From contig JAWOBB010000064.1 in the NCBI GenBank assembly GCA_046498265.1, positions 8,575 through 72,574 of the forward strand: a stretch of DNA of 64,000 bases, in the 5' to 3' direction. Source of the DNA: Dehalococcoidia bacterium (GTDB lineage: Bacteria > Chloroflexota > Dehalococcoidia > SZUA-161 > SpSt-899). Below the pieces are notes generated by a model. The model saw only the letters and a list, made by a program, of their open reading frames with translations, ran no database searches and had not been told where the DNA came from. The position numbers and the translations under genes were made by a program. Shown in pieces: positions 8,110 through 17,624 of the stretch; within the stretch, counting starts at the first letter, position 1; each line of letters starts with the position of its first letter.

Positions 8110-9603
8110 TTAGTTGTTGATATCAATTCCAGCATTCCACAATGCATTGCCTTCTGCATCGAAATGCTGGACACGGACACTGTCCATACGAGAAGAGGTG
8201 TTTCCGCAAGCAGCCCTGATGATTGCTCCACCAGCATTGTCACTGATAACCGCTGGAGAGTCTTGATATCTGGTTTCGTTCTCTTCAAATGCCCTTATCC
8301 CGTCTTCCCCCCATCCCTTATTACCATTAGCATCTAGTTTCTGTAAGAATAAGGCCCCTTTAGACTTCCCGCCCCGGTCACATGGGACCCAGGCTATAAT
8401 CGCCCCGCCGTTACCATCACTGGAAATAGCTGCTTTTAACATTTCTTCCCCGGTGACTGATGTTACATTCTGCTTTGACCATAGCATTTGGCCGTCTGGC
8501 CCTATCTTCTGGATACACAGGTCGTTTGGTGAATCGGGGATGGATGGATGCCAGTTCATCTGAGTCAAGAAGACTCCGCCGGTTCCATCACTAACTATCT
8601 GTGTGATCTCTTCACCTAAATTTACCCCGCCATCTTGCCATAGCTTATTCCCCTTATTCCCGATACGTTGGGCCTTGTAATCGTTCCCACTTGCCCCGAT
8701 AACGATAATTACTCCCCCCGATTCATCGCCAATGGCATGCGTCAGCGGCTGACTCCTCGGTGCCTCGAAAACAGGAATGTTCCCTGCTTCCCATAAGAAT
8801 TCTCCTTCCCCATTTACCCGTTGAGCATAAGTTTTATAAATGTATTGTTCGCCGACGGGCTTTACATATGTGCTCCATGCCACGATTACTCCACCAGCCC
8901 CATCTTCCACCATGTCATATGTGCCCTTATATTGCTCAACGACCTGATTAGCTACGGTCACTGCTGTTTCCCGAAGTAATGTAGGTGGCTGGATAAGTAT
9001 GCCATTGTTTTCCCATACATATCCCCCGTCAGGATTTACGCGCTGTAGCCGCAACTGGTGATTTTCAACACCTTTTTCTCCCGATGCGAAATCATCCCAG
9101 ATGACAAACGCGCCTCCATTACCATCGGTGAGCAACACCGGGAAATCGTTGCCATATCTTTGGGTGATACCTGAGGCAATACCAATCTTGTCCCAGAGTG
9201 GTTCGCCAACAGAACTAAGCCTTTGTGTATAGACAGGAATTGGCCCGAAATATCCGGGTATGCTCCTGTCATCGGGAAGGTTTGCCCAGTTATCCCACGT
9301 AATGAAGGCGCCACCCATACCATCACTGTGAACGCTAAAACGTCTTGGCTCCATCGAATCGGTACAGATTGCTACTCCTCCCGGTTTCCAGATAGTCTTA
9401 CCTTCCGTCCCTATTCTTTGGGCATAGAGCATGTCATTTTCATGCCAGACAAGGATGCTCCCTCCGGAGCCGTCACTAATTGATTTTACGGATAAATTGG
9501 CAGGGTGTACCAGGGAAGATATCCCTAAAGCTATGGATAAGCCGATTACAATTACCAGAATTGCTATTGTTATAATCCATTTGAAAAAACTGCTTCTGTT
9601 CAT
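8110..9603 (-). CDS. Exported protein with eight DGxGG...W / AQR...G...W repeats (probable beta-propeller), unnamed family
   Basis: The track ORF starts at GTG 9633. ATG at 9603 (MNRSSFFKWIITIAILVIVIGLS, a signal anchor) is the likelier start. There are eight units, for example SDGSGGSILVW...LYAQRIGTEGKTIW, TDGNGGAFVIW...LQRVNPDGGYVW and SDGNGGAIIAW...LQKLDANGNKGW. Confidence 0.6.
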   Translation of the reverse strand: MNRSSFFKWIITIAILVIVIGLSIALGISSLVHPANLSVKSISDGSGGSILVWHENDMLYAQRIGTEGKTIWKPGGVAICTDSMEPRRFSVHSDGMGGAFITWDNWANLPDDRSIPGYFGPIPVYTQRLSSVGEPLWDKIGIASGITQRYGNDFPVLLTDGNGGAFVIWDDFASGEKGVENHQLRLQRVNPDGGYVWENNGILIQPPTLLRETAVTVANQVVEQYKGTYDMVEDGAGGVIVAWSTYVKPVGEQYIYKTYAQRVNGEGEFLWEAGNIPVFEAPRSQPLTHAIGDESGGVIIVIGASGNDYKAQRIGNKGNKLWQDGGVNLGEEITQIVSDGTGGVFLTQMNWHPSIPDSPNDLCIQKIGPDGQMLWSKQNVTSVTGEEMLKAAISSDGNGGAIIAWVPCDRGGKSKGALFLQKLDANGNKGWGEDGIRAFEENETRYQDSPAVISDNAGGAIIRAACGNTSSRMDSVRVQHFDAEGNALWNAGIDINN

Positions 9604-9812
9604 CGTTTCATCTTCTTTTAATGGATAACCCACCCGCCGAGTTTAATCACTTAGGGTTTAATTCCCCGCGCTTGTGGCGGGTAGTTCATTGATTATCTGA
9701 CAGCGATCCAGAGGAAAACCGGGGGAAGACTTCAATTAGCCTGCCCCCCGTTCCCCAGTAATTTACCATTATAAGATTAGGCTTTTCACCGCTTACTCAA
9801 ATAATGTTGAAA

Positions 9813-10979
9813 TCAGATACCAACGATAGCTACAATGTCATGGAAATTGTTTGGCAATGCACCCCAATTCAAATATTGAATGTCGGCATGTTCCCTTGAA
9901 TCAGTACAAATAACATATCGGTCCTCTTCATTATAAAGATAGCCTCTTATGGCTCTCCAATGCTCTTCTTCCCAATTGAAACCATAACAAACTAACCCAA
10001 GAGGCCATTCATTGTCAATATAGCTTACTACGAAGTTTTGATAATCTGAGCTATCTACGTGCGTAATATGATTGTAACTCCAATAGTCATTAGGATGGTA
10101 ATTTTCAGCCATCTCTACAAATCCAGGGCCGTAACTTGATGGCCAAACTAGATGACCATTTCCGGGGACCCACCAAGGATCGTAGCACCCCATCGTATCA
10201 TAAAGGTCGTCGTACATATTATTATCACTGGGTAGGTTTGAAAACCCCTTAACTTCTCTGTAATACCTACCAATTGATACACCCGAAGAGGGCCCACACC
10301 AACATCTGCCTGAAGAACAATAGTGCGACATGGCCAATGATTCGTAAACCCATGATAGTTTACCAGCTTGCAGCTCGGAACCACTGGCATCTGGGGCAAG
10401 AGAGTCTAGCGAGGGGAGTTTGTTGGTTAGAGATTCTCGCCTGGTTATCTCAAGGTTTATAAGATTCAATGCGAGTTCTTGCTTATCAATCTGGTACACT
10501 GCATAAAGGGAGTCGACCCCTAAACATAAGTATTCAATTGGCTTCTCTATATTCGTCAATTTAGATTTGCTTGGGAATGCTTGTTGTAATAATGCTGTGA
10601 ACTCAACTGGAGTTGGGATTTCCGGAATGTTACCATCGGAAACTTTAATTACAGCGAAATTTGACTTGGTACCCCCAACAAGAATATAGCCTGCAACCCC
10701 CTTTTCATTTCTGATAGAAAGAAGATATGCGTTTGGCTGGCCTTCTAAATTGTTGAATGTTATATAGCTTTCAACGATAGCTCCATCCCACTTTTGGCTA
10801 TCCTCCATTAGGCTTGCTGCCATATCAACAAACGACTGCCCGGCTTGACGAGCTTGGGCCAATTCATTCTGAGTTATTGTATTGCCGTCTTGGGCCACTG
10901 CCGTTCCCATTACAACACCAGAAACCACTAGAACCAGAGTCAATACGATTCCCATGACTGTAATATAGCCTTTTCTCAT
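9813..10979 (-). CDS. Exported papain-like cysteine peptidase (C39-like domain) with an N-terminal prodomain/inhibitor-like region
   Basis: 388-aa ORF with ATG at 10979 and SD AAAGGAG. A signal peptide is present. Motif CWCGPSSGVSIGRYY (Cys228) resembles the NCGPxS...YY catalytic-Cys motif of Peptidase_C39_2. EEHWRAIRGY (His340) followed by VICTDS fits the His/Asp part of that motif. The N-terminal segment AYLLSIRNEKGVAGYILVGG resembles propeptide or PepSY/Spi-type modules. Confidence 0.55.
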   Translation of the reverse strand: MRKGYITVMGIVLTLVLVVSGVVMGTAVAQDGNTITQNELAQARQAGQSFVDMAASLMEDSQKWDGAIVESYITFNNLEGQPNAYLLSIRNEKGVAGYILVGGTKSNFAVIKVSDGNIPEIPTPVEFTALLQQAFPSKSKLTNIEKPIEYLCLGVDSLYAVYQIDKQELALNLINLEITRRESLTNKLPSLDSLAPDASGSELQAGKLSWVYESLAMSHYCSSGRCWCGPSSGVSIGRYYREVKGFSNLPSDNNMYDDLYDTMGCYDPWWVPGNGHLVWPSSYGPGFVEMAENYHPNDYWSYNHITHVDSSDYQNFVVSYIDNEWPLGLVCYGFNWEEEHWRAIRGYLYNEEDRYVICTDSREHADIQYLNWGALPNNFHDIVAIVGI

Positions 10980-11003
10980 TTATCACTACTCCTTTTATTT
11001 TTA

Positions 11004-12039
11004 GGTGGGTATGCAGTTAACTCAACCACACACTATATATTGTGTTTCTCTCCTACGATTTTATGACGTGGCACAGGAAGACAATCTACTGCTTGCTGCA
11101 TCAAACGGTAGAAGAGCAAACCGCGAGCTTTGGATGTGCGCCGATTAAATCTGAATGTGAACTCGTCGAGATAGTAGCCAAGATGCGATGGCTGGATCGC
11201 GCCCTGATGGATTCCAATCCACCAGCGATCCAAGAGAGATGCAACGCGATGAACACGAGGCATGACAACGTGAGCAGGATCCCCACTTGCGGAGACATTT
11301 GCTGCAATGTGACTGTAGCCCAAGGATTCGATGCCTTTATAGCCAGTCCATCCATCGGTCCTGACTTCGGCTTCAGTTTGCACACTGTTCAAAATGAAGC
11401 CTTGAAGGCTTGCTGCCGATACATCTGGGATGACGGACATGCGTACTCTTCCTGTTCCAGGCCCTCTAACTTCCGTTGCAATAACTACTATCGACTTTCG
11501 CTTAGCACCCCGACCGCGGATTTTGTCGCTAAGACCACCAACATAGGTTTCATCAACTTCAACTGCTCCAGTCAACTGATCTCGTCCGGGGCGTACCATT
11601 GCCCGACGCAGTTTATGAAGCCAAATCCAAGCAGTGTTGTAACTGCCGAGACCAAGAACTCTCTGCAAACCAAGAGCACTGACTCCATGCTTCTGACTCG
11701 TCACAAACCACATAGCAAGAAACCACACTCGAAGTGGTTTATGAGTTCTATGAAACAAAGTCCCCGCAGTAACGGAAGTTTGCCATTTGCATTCACGACA
11801 GAGAAAAAGACCCCGCTCTGTCAAAGGTGGCTTCTCCGTGCCAAATCCACACTTGGGACAAATGAAACCTTCAGGCCATCTCAGTTTCGCAATATAGGCC
11901 ACGCAATCGCGTTCGCTGTAAAACCATTCATCAAACTCTTGGAAGGTTGCAGGATAATCAATACCGGAAACCGGATGCCTCTGCTCTGCCATGACCATAT
12001 ACTACATCTTGTGGTCGGTTGAGTAAAGTGCATACCCAC
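11004..12039 (-). mobile_element. Complete IS1595-family insertion sequence (about 1036 bp)
   Basis: It carries a single transposase ORF. The left end GTGGGTATGCAGTTAACTCAACC (11005-11027) matches the reverse complement of the right end (12017-12039, GTGGGTATGCACTTTACTCAACC) at 21 of 23 positions. The 9-bp direct repeat TTATTTTTA lies at 10995-11003 and 12040-12048. Confidence 0.85.
11033..11998 (-). CDS. IS1595-family (ISXO2-like) transposase
   Basis: 321 aa. It has an N-terminal zinc ribbon (CPKCG...CRECK) and the characteristic start FQEFDEWFYSERDCVAYIAKLRWPEGFICPKCG. It also has the DDE-type core (VEVDETYVGG ... TDGWTGY) seen in ISXO2-like transposases. Confidence 0.85.
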   Translation of the reverse strand: MVMAEQRHPVSGIDYPATFQEFDEWFYSERDCVAYIAKLRWPEGFICPKCGFGTEKPPLTERGLFLCRECKWQTSVTAGTLFHRTHKPLRVWFLAMWFVTSQKHGVSALGLQRVLGLGSYNTAWIWLHKLRRAMVRPGRDQLTGAVEVDETYVGGLSDKIRGRGAKRKSIVVIATEVRGPGTGRVRMSVIPDVSAASLQGFILNSVQTEAEVRTDGWTGYKGIESLGYSHIAANVSASGDPAHVVMPRVHRVASLLDRWWIGIHQGAIQPSHLGYYLDEFTFRFNRRTSKARGLLFYRLMQQAVDCLPVPRHKIVGEKHNI

Positions 12040-12063
12040 TTATTTTTAATTTTGAACGTGTCT

Positions 12064-12095
12064 CCAAATCCAATGTATGCCCTTGGAAATCACCC
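12064..12095 (-). promoter_or_regulatory. Conserved 5' element, copy B, displaced from the 9813-10979 gene by the IS
   Basis: CCAAATCCAATGTATGCCCTTGGAAATCACCC. Removing the IS (11004-12039) and one target-duplication copy (12040-12048) puts it exactly 39 nt from ATG 10979. Copy A has the same spacing to ATG 5847. Confidence 0.45.
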
Positions 12096-12619
12096 CCGGG
12101 AAATAACTTCAAGAATCTTATTCACGGATTGGAAGCTTGTTTCATGTGTACTATATGTTTTACTGTTTGCTCATATCCTTGGTATTAGGTTTTTATAGGC
12201 GTTTTTGCTTATTTCACTATGACGATTAGCAGTGTCCACCCCCTTTAACTTGATTTGATAGGCTGCGCAGCCTTTCCCCCAATTTACTTTTGTCGAGGAA
12301 AATCATAAATAATGACTTTTTTCTGCTTTGCATTAGCCAGGGCTCAACTTACGGGACATCATATTATCAATGGGCATGGGCTTACCGTAACGATACGGAC
12401 TGTTACTGGTTAGTATATATAATGTATGCCTGGGTGTCAACTATACGATTGCTGAAACGGGATTAAAAGGAGGCGGGCACCTCAACTCTTTCACCTTTTA
12501 TCATGCGAGGGCATTCCATTTAGCAACTGGTTCAAAAGAGCAGCCCAATTTTGCCAAAAATTACAAAATTGCCTCCGAACCTGAACATGTAGTAGAATAG
12601 GTTTGTGGTAGTTTGACGG

Positions 12620-13666
12620 ATGGCAGAGATCAGAATCGGGCAGACGACAATCACCGAGACCGAAAAAGGCGGGGTAATCGAATATGCCTGGGACGGGGCC
12701 CGGGTCTATCGGATACCGGTGGAAAGCTATCCCGGACACATCACCAATGTCTATTTACTTATCGATGATGAGATAACCCTCATCGATGTAGGGCTCGACG
12801 GCAAAAAGCCGAGGGCCGACCTGTCCGGGGGGCTCGAGATCATCAACGGTCAATTCGGGCAGACGGTCGGCTTCGAGGATATCTCGGGTATCGTTATCAC
12901 CCATGGCCATGCCGACCACTGGGGGATGCTCTCCCATCCGCAGTTGAAAGGCAAAAAGCTGTATATCCACGAGTTCGATACCGAGTTCATGCGGGATTTC
13001 AAAACCCGGTACGCTAGTGCCAAATCCCGAATCGAAAACTTCGCCCGCGAGGCGGGATGGCAAATTGAGGCCGATAACATATTTTCCCTGGAGGGCCTCA
13101 ATGTCGATCTGGCCGATTATGAGCTGGCGGAGCTTCGCGACGGGCAGCAGATAATCAACGGATACGAGGTGTATCACGTTCCCGGCCACAGTCCGGGGCA
13201 CATCCTGCTCAAGGTTGGGCCCGTCCTTTTCCTGGGGGACCACATCCTTTCCGAGACCACCCCCCACCAGCTTCCCTCCAATATGATCCCGGGATGTGGG
13301 CTGCGGCTCTATATCGGCTCCTTGAAGAGGGCTGCCGGTCTGGGTGAGCATCTGGGGCTGCCGGGGCACGAGGATACCATCTATTCGATAAAGGACCGGG
13401 TTCAGGAACTGGAGGCCTTTCACGCCAGGCGACTGGAGGATATCCTGGATTTGTGTCATGAGGAGAAGAACCTTTTCCAGATCACCGACGAGTACTACCG
13501 GCTTCACTCGGAATACATCAACGGCAAGACGGTCCCCGAGCTGGTAAGGGACGAGCAGATCCTGGCCCTGGAGGAGATACGCTCGCATTTGGAGTATCTG
13601 ATGGAAGAGGGGAAACTCCAGGAGCATAGAAGGGATGACGGCATCCTGATATACCGCAGCCTTTAG
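12620..13666 (+). CDS. MBL-fold metallo-hydrolase
   Basis: 348 aa with the HxHxDH motif VITHGHADHWG and later HVPGHSPGH. It has a C-terminal helical extension. Confidence 0.8.
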   Translation: MAEIRIGQTTITETEKGGVIEYAWDGARVYRIPVESYPGHITNVYLLIDDEITLIDVGLDGKKPRADLSGGLEIINGQFGQTVGFEDISGIVITHGHADHWGMLSHPQLKGKKLYIHEFDTEFMRDFKTRYASAKSRIENFAREAGWQIEADNIFSLEGLNVDLADYELAELRDGQQIINGYEVYHVPGHSPGHILLKVGPVLFLGDHILSETTPHQLPSNMIPGCGLRLYIGSLKRAAGLGEHLGLPGHEDTIYSIKDRVQELEAFHARRLEDILDLCHEEKNLFQITDEYYRLHSEYINGKTVPELVRDEQILALEEIRSHLEYLMEEGKLQEHRRDDGILIYRSL

Positions 13667-13707
13667 ACGCCGAACCGGTGCCGGCCGGGATTTCGAATAA
13701 ATTTCAT

Positions 13708-13737
13708 TTGACACCTAACCTCAAAATCAAATAAACT
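13708..13737 (+). promoter_or_regulatory. Candidate sigma70-type promoter for the mutase gene
   Basis: TTGACA at 13708-13713, an 18-nt spacer, then TAAACT at 13732-13737. It lies about 100 nt upstream of ATG 13839. Confidence 0.3.
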
Positions 13738-13838
13738 TTAGAGGGAAATTCCCATATTAAGGAACCTGAAAAATAAGAGGTGGTGTTTGCAGAAGAGGAT
13801 GAGCAGAGGTTCCCCAACAACAACAAGGAGAAGAACGG

Positions 13839-15497
13839 ATGACTAACAGCACCAGTAAACAGGAATGGATTCAAAATACGCTTCAGCCCGCCTTAGAAAA
13901 AGCGAAAGAACGGGAGGAGCAGTTTATCACCACTTCCGGGATACCCCTGGAAGGGGTCTATACGCCCGATGATATCGCCGGGCTAAATTATAACGAGAGC
14001 CTCGGTTACCCGGCGGAGTATCCGTTCACCCGAGGGGTGCAGCCGACCATGTATCGAGGCCGGTTCTGGACCATGCGCCAGTACGCCGGATTCGCCTCGG
14101 CGGAGGAATCCAACAAGCGCTACCGGTATCTGCTGGAGCAGGGACAGACCGGGCTGAGCATCGCCTTCGATTTGCCCACGCAGATCGGCTACGATTCAGA
14201 TGACCCCATGGCGGAGGGGGAAGTCGGCAAGGTGGGGGTTCCCATCGACACCCTGGCGGATATCGAAATCCTTTTCGACCAGATTCCCCTGGAGAAGGTC
14301 AGTACCTCGATGACCATTAATTCCACGGCTTCCGTTCTGCTGGCGATGTATATCGCCGTTGCCAAAAAGCAGGGTGCCGATATTTCCAAACTGAACGGCA
14401 CCATTCAGAACGATATCCTCAAGGAATATATCGCCCGTGGGACGCATATCTTCCCGCCCCAGCCTTCCATGCGGCTTATCACCGATATCTTTGCCTACTG
14501 CAAGGACAATATACCTCGCTGGAACACCATCAGCATCAGCGGTTACCATATCAGGGAGGCGGGCTCAAGCGCAGCCCAGGAGATCGCCTTCACCCTGGCT
14601 GACGGCATCGCCTACGTCGAAGCGGCCATCAAGGCAGGTCTTAGTGTGGACGATTTCGCCGGCCGGCTTTCCTTCTTCTTTGCTTCCAACAACAATCTGC
14701 TGGAGGAGGTTGCCAAGTTCCGGGCAGCGCGCAGGCTGTGGGCCAAAATCATGAAGGATCGGTTCGGGGCGAAAAAGGACCGTTCCATGATGCTGCGCTT
14801 CCACACCCAGACCTGCGGGCATACCCTGACGGCACAGCAACCCATCAACAATGTGGTGCGGGTGGCCGTCCAGGCGCTGGCGGCGGTCCTGGGGGGGACC
14901 CAGTCGCTGCACACCAACTCGTGGGACGAGGCTTATGCCACCCCGAGTGAAGAGGCGGTGACCATCGCCCTGCGTACCCAGCAGATACTGGCCAACGAAA
15001 GCGGCGTGGCCGATGTGGTCGATCCCCTGGGCGGCTCCTATCTTATCGAGAAGCTCACCGATGAGCTGGAAACTAAGGCGAGCGATTACATTGCGAAGAT
15101 TGATGAACTCGGTGGGGCGCTGGCTTCCATCGAGAACGGCTATCAGCAGCGGGAAATCCAGGAGAGCTCCTACTATGTGCAGCAGCGTATCGATGCCGGC
15201 AAGAACGTGGTGGTGGGCCTGAACAAGTTCCTCTCCGACACCGCGCCGATAGCGGATATCATCCGGATTGATGCCGCCGAGGCTGCCAAGCAGAAGGATA
15301 AACTGGCCAGGGTCAAGGGTGAGCGGGATGCCGGCCAGGTGGAGAAAGCCCTGGCCCGACTGGAGGAAGTGGCCAAAGGCACCGACAACGCTATTCCGGC
15401 AATCGTCGAATGTGTTGAAGCCTATGCTTCCATCGGGGAGATCTGCGGGGTGATGAGAAAAGTGTTCGGGGAGCAGAAGGAATTTCTGGTATTTTGA
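13839..15497 (+). CDS. Methylmalonyl-CoA mutase, large catalytic subunit (no B12-binding domain)
   Basis: 552 aa with SD AAGGAG. Hallmark MCM segments are present: [42 protein letters not shown] and LRFHTQTCG. The protein ends before the cobalamin-binding domain found in fused MCMs. Confidence 0.85.
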   Translation: MTNSTSKQEWIQNTLQPALEKAKEREEQFITTSGIPLEGVYTPDDIAGLNYNESLGYPAEYPFTRGVQPTMYRGRFWTMRQYAGFASAEESNKRYRYLLEQGQTGLSIAFDLPTQIGYDSDDPMAEGEVGKVGVPIDTLADIEILFDQIPLEKVSTSMTINSTASVLLAMYIAVAKKQGADISKLNGTIQNDILKEYIARGTHIFPPQPSMRLITDIFAYCKDNIPRWNTISISGYHIREAGSSAAQEIAFTLADGIAYVEAAIKAGLSVDDFAGRLSFFFASNNNLLEEVAKFRAARRLWAKIMKDRFGAKKDRSMMLRFHTQTCGHTLTAQQPINNVVRVAVQALAAVLGGTQSLHTNSWDEAYATPSEEAVTIALRTQQILANESGVADVVDPLGGSYLIEKLTDELETKASDYIAKIDELGGALASIENGYQQREIQESSYYVQQRIDAGKNVVVGLNKFLSDTAPIADIIRIDAAEAAKQKDKLARVKGERDAGQVEKALARLEEVAKGTDNAIPAIVECVEAYASIGEICGVMRKVFGEQKEFLVF

Positions 15498-15526
15498 GTT
15501 TTCAGTTTTCAGTTATCAGTAATCAG
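15498..15526. repeat. Heptamer array (GTTTTCA GTTTTCA GTTATCA GTAATCA)
   Basis: TCAG occurs at 15502, 15509, 15516 and 15523 (period 7), directly after the mutase stop. A similar TCAG array lies at 2084-2108. Confidence 0.75.
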
Positions 15527-15556
15527 AAAAAGCCCGGAGGCACCGGGCTTTTTCTT
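15527..15556 (+). terminator. Rho-independent terminator of the mutase gene
   Basis: AGCCCGG (15531-15537), loop AGGCA, CCGGGCT (15543-15549), followed by TTTTTCTTT. Confidence 0.75.
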
Positions 15557-15627
15557 TGGGAAAATGCCGGTTGCCCCGCAAATCCATATGCCATACAATA
15601 GCTGAAGATGAGTTGAGGAATTCCCCG

Positions 15628-16584
15628 ATGCGTGCCGTAGTGTTCGATGGCAAACCCGGTTTTGTCCCCGATTATCCTGTCCCTGAGGTCCCGGAAGGCT
15701 GGGCCCGAATTCGGGTACACCTGGCCGGCATCTGCCGGACCGACCTGGAAATACTCAAGGGATACATGGGGTTCAGCGGGATACTGGGCCATGAGTTCGT
15801 GGGCACCGTCGATTCCTGTGCCGATGATACCTGGATTGGCAAACGGGTGGTCGGCGAGATCAACGTGGCCTGCGGCAAGTGCTGGTTGTGCGATGTCGGG
15901 CTGGGGAGGCACTGCCCCTACCGGAGCACCCTGGGGATTCTTGATTTGAACGGCTGCCTGGCCGATTACTGCATCCTGCCGATTACCAACCTTCGGGAGG
16001 TACCTGATAAGATTGCTGATGAGCGGGCGGTTTTCACCGAGCCGATCTCTGCAGCCTGCGAGATACTGGAACAGCTCAAACCGGAGCGCTGGAAGCGGGC
16101 CATTGTCCTCGGCGACGGCAAGCTGGGGATACTGTGCGCCTGGGTTCTGGTGACGGAGGTTTCCGATGTGACTCTTGTCGGCCATCATCCTGAAAAGCTC
16201 AAGGCAGCCGAATGGCGGCATCTGAAGACAGCCCGCAGCTTAGAAGAGATTGAACAGGGGACGGATATCGTGGTGGAGGCCACCGGCTCGGCCGACGGCA
16301 TCAATCAGGCGCTGGCACTCTGTGCTCCGAGGGGAACCGTGGTTTTGAAATCGACTGTCGCTGAGGAAGGGGGGATCGACCTCACCTCGCTGGTGATAAA
16401 CGAGCAAACGATTGTCGGTTCCCGCTGCGGGCGGTTCAAGGACGGATTGAAAATGCTCGAATCTTACCCCGACATGCCCCTTCAGAGATTGATTACTGCG
16501 CGTTACCCTATCGGGGAGGCAATCGCCGCCTTCGAGCGGGCTGGCAGGCCGGATGCGCTGAAGGTTCTGGTTGATATGAGGTAA
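15628..16584 (+). CDS. Zn-dependent alcohol dehydrogenase family (MDR) oxidoreductase
   Basis: The track ORF begins at 15556. ATG 15628 (MRAVVFDG) with GAGGAA upstream is the likely start. Catalytic Zn motifs are GICRTDLE and GHEFVG. The structural Zn site is [15 protein letters not shown]. Confidence 0.8.
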   Translation: MRAVVFDGKPGFVPDYPVPEVPEGWARIRVHLAGICRTDLEILKGYMGFSGILGHEFVGTVDSCADDTWIGKRVVGEINVACGKCWLCDVGLGRHCPYRSTLGILDLNGCLADYCILPITNLREVPDKIADERAVFTEPISAACEILEQLKPERWKRAIVLGDGKLGILCAWVLVTEVSDVTLVGHHPEKLKAAEWRHLKTARSLEEIEQGTDIVVEATGSADGINQALALCAPRGTVVLKSTVAEEGGIDLTSLVINEQTIVGSRCGRFKDGLKMLESYPDMPLQRLITARYPIGEAIAAFERAGRPDALKVLVDMR

Positions 16585-16586
16585 AG

Positions 16587-17624
<1,038 letters not shown>

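Noticed and set aside
9641-9690. CRISPR-repeat-looking string GTTTAATTCCCCGCGCTTGTGGCGGGTAGTTCATTGA
   Set aside because: There is only one copy and no spacer-repeat periodicity anywhere in the window. It is a single imperfect hairpin (CCCGC/GCGGG) in the leader of the 8110-9633 gene.
11042-12022. 326-aa ORF on the + strand
   Set aside because: It lies entirely antisense to the IS1595 transposase gene, which has clear family motifs. Its own translation is low-complexity and matches nothing I recognise. It is a shadow ORF.
12755-13714. 319-aa minus-strand ORF, representative of many long antisense ORFs in the GC-rich core
   Set aside because: Other examples are 15523-16221, 17478-18119, 18761-19342, 19678-20310, 21494-22207, 22329-22997 and 24133-24903. 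More lie at 31180-31920, 35968-36669, 37490-38221, 48466-49245, 49530-50408, 57305-57991, 58037-58588, 59638-60219 and 61198-61938. Each is antisense to a gene with strong family signatures. Their translations are Arg/Gly/Pro-rich, as expected for the reverse frames of GC-rich coding DNA.
13738-13838. Possible cobalamin riboswitch in the 5' leader of the mutase gene
   Set aside because: The leader is only about 100 nt with no B12-box (GCCACTG-like). Only a simple GGAACCT/AGGTTCC long-range stem is visible.
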